Shown one piece after another: positions 15,841 through 23,615 of a stretch of 31,204 bases of DNA. The notes under the pieces were generated by a model that did not search any database, was not told the DNA's origin, and worked only from the letters and a program-made list of their open reading frames with translations. The DNA is taken from NCBI GenBank assembly GCA_944329505.1, contig CALVIJ010000001.1, positions 1 through 31,204 of the forward strand, given 5' to 3'. Source of the DNA: an uncultured Bacilli bacterium. Its GTDB lineage: Bacteria; Bacillota_I; Bacilli_A; RF39; UBA660. The position numbers and the translations under genes are program-made. Numbering within the stretch: position 1 is the first letter of the stretch; each line of letters begins with the position of its first letter.

Positions 15841-17693
15841 GCGTTACCTCTTTTCATATACATTGTTAAAATAGAAATATCAGCCGGATTTACCCCACTA
15901 ATTCTCATTGCTTGTCCAATCGTAAGTGGTCTAACTTCTTTTAACTTTTGCTTAGCTTCACTAGCTAAATTATGCATCGCATCATAATCAATATCTTCTG
16001 GTATTTTCTTATCTTCTAATTTTTTTAACTTCTCAGCTTCAAGTAATGACTTTTTAATATATCCCTCATATTTAGCTGATATAGAAATTTGTTCTAAAAC
16101 CTCAAAGCTATATTCATTATCTAAAAACTGAGTTAAATCAGTAATTTTGATTTCTGGTCTTCTAAGTAAATCATATAAAGAAACACCATCTTTTAATTCT
16201 TTAGTACCTAAACTAACTAAATAATCATTATTTTTAGGAGTTAATCTTTTTTCTTTAAATTCTAATGTTGCCTTTTCTATTTCTTCTTTCTTATTAATAA
16301 ACTTCGCATATTTTTCATCAGATACTAATCCAAACTTATGACCATATTCTCTAAGCCTCAAATCCGCATTATCTGTTCTAAGTAAAAGTCTATATTCCGC
16401 ACGTGAAGTTAACAACCTATAAGGATCTCTTATACCTTTGGTAATTAAATCGTCAATTAATACCCCGATATAAGCCTCATCTCTTCTTAAAATAAATGGT
16501 TCCTTACCCTCTAATTTCAAACAAGCATTAATACCAGCCATTAATCCCTGGCAAGCAGCCTCTTCATATCCACTAGTACCATTAATCTGACCAGCAGTAA
16601 ATAAATTTTCAATTAACTTAGTTTCCAAATTAAATTTAAGTTGCGTTGGATAAATCGCATCATATTCTATCGCATAAGCATACTTTAATATCTTCGCATT
16701 TTCTAATCCAGGCAAACTATGAACCATCTTTTCTTGTACATCATAAGGCATACTTGTTGAAAAACCTTGAACATATATATAATCATAATATAAACTTTCA
16801 GGTTCTAAAAATAACTGATGTCTTTCCTTATCACTAAACCTAACTATCTTGTCCTCAATCGATGGACAATATCTTGGACCAACACCTTTAATATCAGATA
16901 ACCCTCCATACATACTAGATTTATTTAAATTATCTCTAATAATTTTATGTGTATCATCATTAGTATAAATTAAATAACAAGACACCTGTTTATCTATATC
17001 ATACATCGGTTCATTATCAAAACTAAAAGTGTGATAAACATTATCGCCATTTTCCAACTTAGTCTTAGAAAAATCAATACTATCTTTAGCTATTCTAGGT
17101 GGTGTTCCAGTCTTTAATCTTTTAATAATAAAACCTTTTTTAGCCAAATTATCACTTAAATAATTAGATGGCTTCTCACCATGAGGTCCCTCTCTATGAC
17201 GAGTATCACCTACCATAATATCCGCATTCATATAAGTACCAGTTGTTAAAATAACCGCTTTAGCTTTAATCTCTTCTCCACTTTCAAATAATACACCACT
17301 AACCTTATTATTAGGAGTTATTATATCTTTAACTAAAGCTTCCTTAATATCTAAATTATCTGTACTCTTCAAAGTTTCAATCATATTTTTCGGATACGTA
17401 ACTTTATCTGCTTGCGCGCGAAGCGATCTAACTGCTGGACCTTTAGCTGTATTAAGCATCTTTATTTGTAATAAACTCTTATCCGCATTATTTCCCATCT
17501 CTCCACCTAAAGCATCGATTTCTCTAACAACTATACCTTTCGCACTTCCACCAATAGATGGATTACAAGGCATATCTGCAATATTATTAATATTTCCTGT
17601 AACAAGTAATGTTTTGTGTCCCATACGTGCACATGCTAAAGCTGCCTCACATCCCGCATGTCCACCACCTACTACAATAACTTCATATTCCAT
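15837..17693 (-). CDS. mnmG: tRNA U34 modification enzyme MnmG (GidA)
   Basis: VVGGGHAGCEAA, MPCNPSIGG, RLKTGTPPR, GPRYCPSIEDK, AGQINGTSGYEEAA, RLLTSRAEYRL. Start ATG 17693. Confidence 0.97.
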   Translation of the reverse strand: MEYEVIVVGGGHAGCEAALACARMGHKTLLVTGNINNIADMPCNPSIGGSAKGIVVREIDALGGEMGNNADKSLLQIKMLNTAKGPAVRSLRAQADKVTYPKNMIETLKSTDNLDIKEALVKDIITPNNKVSGVLFESGEEIKAKAVILTTGTYMNADIMVGDTRHREGPHGEKPSNYLSDNLAKKGFIIKRLKTGTPPRIAKDSIDFSKTKLENGDNVYHTFSFDNEPMYDIDKQVSCYLIYTNDDTHKIIRDNLNKSSMYGGLSDIKGVGPRYCPSIEDKIVRFSDKERHQLFLEPESLYYDYIYVQGFSTSMPYDVQEKMVHSLPGLENAKILKYAYAIEYDAIYPTQLKFNLETKLIENLFTAGQINGTSGYEEAACQGLMAGINACLKLEGKEPFILRRDEAYIGVLIDDLITKGIRDPYRLLTSRAEYRLLLRTDNADLRLREYGHKFGLVSDEKYAKFINKKEEIEKATLEFKEKRLTPKNNDYLVSLGTKELKDGVSLYDLLRRPEIKITDLTQFLDNEYSFEVLEQISISAKYEGYIKKSLLEAEKLKKLEDKKIPEDIDYDAMHNLASEAKQKLKEVRPLTIGQAMRISGVNPADISILTMYMKRGNA

Positions 17694-17720
17694 ATTTCTC
17701 ACCACCAAATACTAGAGTTA

Positions 17721-17749
17721 ATTCTACATCAGAGAAACACTTTAGTCAA
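17721..17749 (-). promoter_or_regulatory. mnmG promoter
   Basis: TTGACT-17 nt-TAGAAT. Confidence 0.7.
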
Positions 17750-17785
17750 ATAAATAAAACTTTTATTTAAAAATAATAAATCTTA

Positions 17786-17814
17786 TTGTATTTTATATAA
17801 CTATTCGTTATAAT
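17786..17814 (+). promoter_or_regulatory. Promoter of the putative type I toxin mRNA
   Basis: TTGTAT-17 nt-TATAAT; predicted +1 near 17821. Confidence 0.75.
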
Positions 17815-17879
17815 TATATCAAGGAATGTTTAATAGAGTTAGTGCGACCTCTTTTTCAAAAGAAAAGGAGGTGATGGTT

Positions 17880-17957
17880 ATGACCAAAAGAGAAAACTCT
17901 TTCTTTGTTATAATTATCCTCCTATTTATTTTAGTATTTTTAATACTATTTAAATAG
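17880..17957 (+). CDS. Putative type I toxin, 25-aa membrane peptide MTKRENSFFVIIILLFILVFLILFK (not in ORF track)
   Basis: SD AAGGAGGT locked in the 11-bp hairpin ACCTCTTTTTC-aaaa-GAAAAGGAGGT (17847-17872); a 17-residue uninterrupted hydrophobic run; terminal Lys. Confidence 0.8.
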   Translation: MTKRENSFFVIIILLFILVFLILFK

Positions 17958-18070
17958 ACAAAAGCACCTAACTCATTCCATCAATGATTTAGGTGCGAAC
18001 CAAGAATTGGTCGTGCTCAACATTGGCGTATTGAACATTCCTTTTTTATTTTATGAAGTTTCCTTCATCT
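17958..18070 (-). ncRNA. Putative convergent antisense antitoxin RNA (~110 nt)
   Basis: Own promoter at 18077-18105; 5' hairpin ATGAAG-GAAA-CTTCAT; terminator GCACCTAA...TTAGGTGC-TTTT (17996-17960); fully complementary to the toxin 3' UTR; no ORF with a usable SD. Confidence 0.7.
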
Positions 18071-18076
18071 ATATAC

Positions 18077-18105
18077 ATAATATCACAAATTTAACTTTAT
18101 GACAA
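18077..18105 (-). promoter_or_regulatory. Promoter of the putative antitoxin RNA
   Basis: TTGTCA-17 nt-TATTAT with an extended -10 TG. Confidence 0.75.
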
Positions 18106-18157
18106 ATTAATTTTACAGCAAATAAAAGACTAATAGATTAAAACTAACTTTATAATA

Positions 18158-18500
18158 CTAGTGTTTAAAATGTTTCCCAGTCAATGTTGTTTCTGATTGA
18201 AAGCTACCTAAATTAGCATCTAAAAATAACTTTATCACCTTTATTGTATATGTCTTTAACTCTTCTAAATTCAAATCAAACAATTCTTTAGTAATATTTT
18301 TATCACCCATTAAAGAACAAGCATATATAAGTGAAACTTCAGAAGCTACTCTAAAATGTGTATCTTTATTACTCTCATCACTTAAACTACGATAGCATGT
18401 ACTAAGCGTATTAATATAATTTTCACCATACATTATTCTTCTAGCTTTTTCATGTGGCTTTTTATATTTAACGCACTTGTTAACCATAAAAATTAATCAT
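18158..18500 (-). pseudogene. Orphan gene, probably frameshifted near its start
   Basis: SD GGGGAA with ATG at 18500 reads MINFYG*. Deleting one T of the T5 run (18488-18492) fuses it to the 109-aa ORF 18487-18158, whose own ATG has no SD. Confidence 0.5.
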
Positions 18501-18593
18501 ATAATTCCCCATATCAAGAGTTTCTTCTATATCTAACAAATAATTTAATTCATTAACATTATTTCCATTTGTATTTTTAAAACAAAACATCTA

Positions 18594-18828
18594 CATTAAT
18601 TTCTCTAACAACTATACCTTTTGCACTTCCATAAATCGCTGAATTACAAGGCATATCTACAATATTATTAGTATTCCCTATAACAAGTAATTTCTTAATG
18701 CCTATACATGCACATACTTAAGCAACTTCACATCCCGCATAACCACCACCTACTACAATTAACTTCATATCCATATAAATTACCACCAAACACTAAAAAC
18801 AATTTTACAATAAAAAAAAGTTAGTCAA
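18594..18828 (-). pseudogene. mnmG: Degenerate duplicate of the mnmG promoter and first ~60 codons
   Basis: Colinear with 17513-17749; ~84% nt identity over codons 6-60 by manual count (27/165 mismatches). Reads MDMKLIVVGGGYAGCEVA*VCAC...DMPCNSAIYGSAKGIVVREI, with an in-frame TAA and a promoter spacer shrunk to 15 nt. Confidence 0.9.
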
Positions 18829-18880
18829 TTAAACCTAACTAACCTTAAATCTACTTTTTCATAATATTCAACCAATTTAA

Positions 18881-19360
18881 TTATTTAACTTTATTATTAG
18901 AGTTTAAAATATGAGAAATAGAATAATTATACTGCGAAATCACACTATTTATAAAACCTTTAATCACATCTGAACAGCATTCTTCAAAAGAATGACCCAA
19001 AGACATTGCATATTTAAAAATTAATTCAATAAATAAATTACGTTCTTTAACATCACATATAAATTCATGATAAACATCATAGCCATTATATATTTCTGGA
19101 TTTGTAGAAATCAGCCCCAAACCATCTGTTGAACGCAATATCAAAATCCAACTATCCGCATCAAACATCCAACCAGTACATTCAAGAAGCATTGCATTTA
19201 ATTCTTCAATTGAAATTGGTAATTCAATATTATTAGTTGCATTCGACAAATATTTTTTTTAATTGTCAGTAACAACTTCAAACTCTTCATCTTCATCAAA
19301 AAGATTTTCTTCTGTATAACCTAATTGATTTAAAATATTACGAAAATTAACATCAAACAT
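18881..19360 (-). pseudogene. Orphan 159-codon gene interrupted by an in-frame TAA at codon 34
   Basis: Strong SD AAGGAGGT with ATG at 19360 reads MFDVNFRNILNQLGY...VTDN* (TAA 19261-19259). The same frame then continues KKY-LSNATNN as track ORF 19249-18881. Confidence 0.75.
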
Positions 19361-19417
19361 TCTTATAACCTCCTTCGAATAAATTATGAAGTTTTCTTCA
19401 CCCAAATACAGAATATC

Positions 19418-19454
19418 AAAAAAACAAGTAATATTTTCGACAAATCACTTGTTT
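19418..19454 (-). terminator. Likely terminator after mnmE
   Basis: AAACAAGTGAT-N11-ATTACTTGTTT (one G:U pair) followed by TTTT. Confidence 0.5.
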
Positions 19455-19466
19455 TACATTTTTATA

Positions 19467-20816
19467 CTACTTTCCAACACAAAATCTACTAAATAATTGA
19501 TCTAATAATTCATCATCATAACTCTCACCAATTATCTCGCCAAGTAAATTCCATATATCTTTTAAATCAATCTCTACCATATCAATAGGATAATTATCTT
19601 CAATCCCTTTTCTAACCGCTTTAACACTCTCTAAAACCTTTCTTAAAATAGCTTGACTTCTCGCACTAGTTAAATAGGTTAAATCAGTTGTTTCTATCTT
19701 CTCTAAATTGAATAAACTTTTAATTTTATTACCTATTTCATCAATATTTTCATCATTTAAAGCACTCACATATATAGCATTAGATAACTTTTCATCATCA
19801 ATTTTCTTCTCTAAATCAGTCTTATTAACTATTGTAATGTAATTCTTATCCTTTAATTTATTCAAAATAATCAAATCATCTGAACTTAATTTTTCATTAT
19901 AATTAACTACAAATAAAACTAAATCTGCCTCATCTATTAATTTTAAACTTTTCTCTACCCCAATACTTTCAACAACATCATCAGTTTCACGAATTCCAGC
20001 TGTATCAATCAAATTTAAAATCAAATTATCGACTCTCAAAGTAGCCTCAACACTATCACGAGTAGTTCCTTGAATATCTGTAACAATAGCTTTATCTTCA
20101 CCTATCAATCTATTAAGTAAACTACTCTTACCAACATTTGGTTTACCAATAATAGCTGTTTTAATACCATTAGTTAAAACTTCTCCATTTTTACTTTCTT
20201 TCAAAATTTTATCTATTTTGTCTTCAAGTTCACTTAAACTTTCATTTATCTTACCTATTGTCATTTCTTCTATATCTTCATACTCAGGATAATCAATATT
20301 AACTTCAATATTCGCAATTATACCTGCAAGCTCATCTCTAAGCTTACTAATCATTGTAGATACCTTACCACCAACTTGATTTAAAGCTATTTTCCGGGAA
20401 ATATCTGTCTTAGAATTAATCAAATCCATAATACCCTCAGCTTCTGTTAAATCAATTCGCCCATTTAAAAATGCTCTTTTAGTAAACTCTCCAGGTTCAG
20501 CAAGTCTACAACCATTCACAAGTAATAATTCTAAAATCTTATCAGTTGTCATAATTCCACCATGTGCATTAATCTCAACAACATCTTCCTTAGTAAACGT
20601 TTTAGGAGCTCGCATAACAGAAACCAAAACTTCATCTATTTTTTCATCGCCATCCATTATATAACCATAATGAATAGTATGTGTAGGCGCATCTTTAAAA
20701 TTTTTATTAGAAAAAATCTTACTAACTACATTAATAGCTTCATCACCACTAACTCTAATTATCGAAATAGCCCCAATACCTTGAGCTGTCGAAATAGCTG
20801 CTATTGTATCATCCAT
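19467..20816 (-). CDS. mnmE: tRNA modification GTPase MnmE (TrmE)
   Basis: DTIAAIST, PGEFTKRAFLNGRIDLTEAE, GKPNVGKSS, GTTRD, DTAGIR, FSRFCVGK terminus. Confidence 0.97.
   Translation of the reverse strand: MDDTIAAISTAQGIGAISIIRVSGDEAINVVSKIFSNKNFKDAPTHTIHYGYIMDGDEKIDEVLVSVMRAPKTFTKEDVVEINAHGGIMTTDKILELLLVNGCRLAEPGEFTKRAFLNGRIDLTEAEGIMDLINSKTDISRKIALNQVGGKVSTMISKLRDELAGIIANIEVNIDYPEYEDIEEMTIGKINESLSELEDKIDKILKESKNGEVLTNGIKTAIIGKPNVGKSSLLNRLIGEDKAIVTDIQGTTRDSVEATLRVDNLILNLIDTAGIRETDDVVESIGVEKSLKLIDEADLVLFVVNYNEKLSSDDLIILNKLKDKNYITIVNKTDLEKKIDDEKLSNAIYVSALNDENIDEIGNKIKSLFNLEKIETTDLTYLTSARSQAILRKVLESVKAVRKGIEDNYPIDMVEIDLKDIWNLLGEIIGESYDDELLDQLFSRFCVGK
20389..20402. promoter_or_regulatory. Noc-binding-site-like palindrome inside mnmE
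   Basis: ATTTTCCGGGAAAT, 13/14 to ATTTCCCGGGAAAT; it uses a GC-rich CGG Arg codon in an AT-rich gene. Confidence 0.55.
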
Positions 20817-20820
20817 CTAA

Positions 20821-21375
20821 TCACCTCTTTCCAAATTTAAAAAATTTCTTTACCTTATATACCATACGAGCTAAACCAAAATACTTAGGCAAAGCTTTTA
20901 TATTAATCACAACATCCATAGAAAGTCTTTTATCTGCATAAGTAACAACCCAACCTTCTTTATATTTCGGCGGAATTATGTTAAGTGGAAACATATGTCT
21001 TTCTATTATGTTGGCAATCCTCGCATTCATCAGTTCTGGAAAAAACTTATAAGCATTTTCCATTGCCTCATGTGCATGAACAAAACCGTGCTGCTTAAAA
21101 AAAGAAACTTTTTTATCTAAATTATCTTGCCAAGGTTTTGTATAAAAATCATGTAATAAACCACCAATTGCCGCATCATAATAGTTCCACTTTCTTTTTT
21201 TACATATTCTATAAGCTAAATAAGATACAGCTAAACAATGTTCATAAAGTGAGCAACTTTCATGATGAACCCAATCTTTTCTCTTTTGAAATTCTCTTGA
21301 ACCTAAAATAGGAGCTACTATATGTAAAAATTCTTCATCGCTTGCTATTTCTTTAGTAATATCTTTCTTACGCAT
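20821..21375 (-). CDS. HD-domain phosphohydrolase
   Basis: HH..SLYEHC..V, GGLLHDF, HGFVHA, IIERHMFP. Confidence 0.85.
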   Translation of the reverse strand: MRKKDITKEIASDEEFLHIVAPILGSREFQKRKDWVHHESCSLYEHCLAVSYLAYRICKKRKWNYYDAAIGGLLHDFYTKPWQDNLDKKVSFFKQHGFVHAHEAMENAYKFFPELMNARIANIIERHMFPLNIIPPKYKEGWVVTYADKRLSMDVVINIKALPKYFGLARMVYKVKKFFKFGKR

Positions 21376-21425
21376 GTTAAATTTTCCAACTCCTTTTCAT
21401 CACCTGTATTATAGCATACAAATAG

Positions 21426-21448
21426 AAAAAACGATAAATAAATTATCG
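21426..21448 (-). terminator. Weak terminator after DUF1846
   Basis: CGATAA-N5-TTATCG followed by T6 on the minus strand. Confidence 0.55.
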
Positions 21449-21451
21449 CTT

Positions 21452-22933
21452 TCATTCATTCATAAATAAATTATTTGAATAAAATATAGAATCACAGGTT
21501 AAATTAATATTCAATCTTTTTAAAGTATTTAAATCACCATTATAAACCATAAATGAAGCATGGGCTTCCAAACCAGAAAGTTTATTCAAATTTTTAAGGG
21601 CTTCTTTAACTATCGGATTAGTAACTGAACAAATACTTAAAGCAATTAATACTTCCTCCAAATTTAACGACCTAGAAGCATGATTACTTAATGGTTTTAA
21701 TTTCAATATTGGTTCTAACACAGTCTTAGAAAGTAAATCAACATCATCAGGAATATTAGTAAGTTCCTTAATCGCATTTAAAATCAAACTACTAGCTGGA
21801 CTTAAAAGTTCAGTCTTTTTACCAGTAATAATTTTCCCATCAGGTAACTCCAAAGCAATAACTGGAATATCTTCACTATTACTTTTTTCTTGAGCCGCCA
21901 AAATAACTGGTCTTTCCTTTAAAGGATTAATCTCTAACTCATTCATTAAAAGCTTAATTCTCTCACAAACATATTCTTCACTAGTACCAGTCTTATAATC
22001 ACATAAAGCTTTATAATATCTTCTGATTATCTCTTGCCTACTAGCTTCACAAATTACCTCATCATCATCTATCGCATATCCTATCATATTAACACCCATA
22101 TCCGTAGGTGAATAATAAATATTCTTACCTGTAATTTTATGAAGTATTGCTTTTAAAACAGGAAAAACCTCTAAATCACGATTATAATTAACTGACGCAA
22201 CACCATATTTTTCTAAATGAAACGAATCTATCATATTAACATCTTTCAAATCAGCAGTAGCGGCTTCATAAGCCACATTAACTGGATGTTTTAAAGGCAA
22301 ATTCCAAACCGGAAAAGTCTCATACTTCGCATAACCAGCCTTAACTCCTCTTTTATATTCATGATAAAGTTGAGATAAACAAGTAGCCAATTTACCACTA
22401 GATGGTCCAGGGGCTGTAACCACAACTAACTTTTTAGTCGTTTCAATATAAGGATTAGCCCCATATCCCTCATCACTTACAATTACATCAACATCGGTTG
22501 GATAACCTGCAGTCGGAGTATGAACGTAGGTTTTAATATTTCTTTTTTCAAGCTGATTTCTAAACTTTTTACTACTTTCCTTACCACTATATAAAGTAAT
22601 AACCACACTGTTAACAGATAAACCTAAATTTTGAAATTCATCAATTAACCTTAAAACTTCCATATCATAAGTAATTCCATAATCAGCACGAATTTTCTTT
22701 CTTTCAATGTCTTTAGCATTAATACAAATAATTATTTCTGCTATTTCTTTAAGTTCACAAAGCATTTTAATCTTAGAATCAGGTTCAAAACCAGGTAAAA
22801 CCCTACTAGCATGATAATCATCAAATAATTTACCACCAAATTCCAAATAAAGTTTATCAAATTCATTTATTTTTTCTTTAATTCTTTTACTTTGAATTTC
22901 TACATATTTCTTATTATTAAAACCTTTTTTCAT
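21452..22933 (-). CDS. DUF1846 / UPF0371 family protein
   Basis: LYLEFGGKLFDDYHASRVLPGF, VVVTAPGPSSGKLATCLSQLYHE, AKYETFPVWNLPLKHPVN.AYEAATADL, SPTDMGVNM. Confidence 0.9.
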   Translation of the reverse strand: MKKGFNNKKYVEIQSKRIKEKINEFDKLYLEFGGKLFDDYHASRVLPGFEPDSKIKMLCELKEIAEIIICINAKDIERKKIRADYGITYDMEVLRLIDEFQNLGLSVNSVVITLYSGKESSKKFRNQLEKRNIKTYVHTPTAGYPTDVDVIVSDEGYGANPYIETTKKLVVVTAPGPSSGKLATCLSQLYHEYKRGVKAGYAKYETFPVWNLPLKHPVNVAYEAATADLKDVNMIDSFHLEKYGVASVNYNRDLEVFPVLKAILHKITGKNIYYSPTDMGVNMIGYAIDDDEVICEASRQEIIRRYYKALCDYKTGTSEEYVCERIKLLMNELEINPLKERPVILAAQEKSNSEDIPVIALELPDGKIITGKKTELLSPASSLILNAIKELTNIPDDVDLLSKTVLEPILKLKPLSNHASRSLNLEEVLIALSICSVTNPIVKEALKNLNKLSGLEAHASFMVYNGDLNTLKRLNINLTCDSIFYSNNLFMNE

Positions 22934-23003
22934 AACTCACACCACCCTCTACTATAAATAGTAGCACATCTATAAACATATTGAAACACACAAAAAGAAG
23001 AAA

Positions 23004-23615
23004 TTAATCTTCCTTAATCTTAATAACTACATATCTATTAGGAGCTTCGCCTTCACTTTGAGTAGCTAAACCATCATATTCAGCAATTATCGTATGAACA
23101 ATTCTTCTTTCATAAGAATTCATTGGGTCTAATTTAGCTTCTATCTTAGTTTTTAAAACTTCTCTAGCTATTTTTTTAACTTCTCTTTCGATATTCTTTT
23201 CTCTTTTTGCCTTATATCCAGAAATATCTAAATTAACTTTAATATCGAAGTTTCCATATTTTCTAAGTGACTGTCTTAAAACTGTTTGAATAGCATTTAA
23301 GGTTTTACCCTCTTTTCCAATCATAACACCACTATCATCTGTAATAATAATAGCTGATATAACACCATCTTTTTCATTAACTTCAATATTAAATGAAGTA
23401 TTCATTTTAGATGCAAGTTCATTTAAAAACTCTTTAACATATTCCTTAACATCATATTTAGTTACTACATAAGCTGTATATTTTTTCTTTCCAAAAAGTC
23501 CTGATGCTTCTTCAAAATAAGTATAAACCTCATTTGAATTAACATTTAACTCTTCTAAACACTTAGTTAGCGCTTCTTCTTTGTTTTTTGATTCGTTTTT
23601 TACTACCTCTAGCAT
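23004..23615 (-). CDS. jag: Jag/EloR/KhpB RNA-binding protein (KH + R3H)
   Basis: GLFGKK Jag_N motif, MIGKEGKTLNAIQ KH motif, LDPMNSYERRIVH R3H motif; synteny. Confidence 0.92.
   Translation of the reverse strand: MLEVVKNESKNKEEALTKCLEELNVNSNEVYTYFEEASGLFGKKKYTAYVVTKYDVKEYVKEFLNELASKMNTSFNIEVNEKDGVISAIIITDDSGVMIGKEGKTLNAIQTVLRQSLRKYGNFDIKVNLDISGYKAKREKNIEREVKKIAREVLKTKIEAKLDPMNSYERRIVHTIIAEYDGLATQSEGEAPNRYVVIKIKED

Noticed and set aside
7750-16837. Plus-strand ORFs 7750-8280, 10370-10717, 12963-13148, 13371-13562, 15275-15676 and 16646-16837
   Set aside because: All lie antisense within well-supported genes and have shadow-like composition.
17976-18039. 21-codon minus-strand ORF (MFNTPMLSTTNSWFAPKSLME) inside the putative antitoxin
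   Set aside because: The first ATG abuts AAGGA with no spacing and the second is ~15 nt away. The sequence is better explained by RNA pairing constraints.
19259-19261. TAA read-through or alternative genetic code to explain the in-frame stops
   Set aside because: TAA, TAG and TGA all terminate conserved genes in this window, so pseudogenisation is the simpler explanation.
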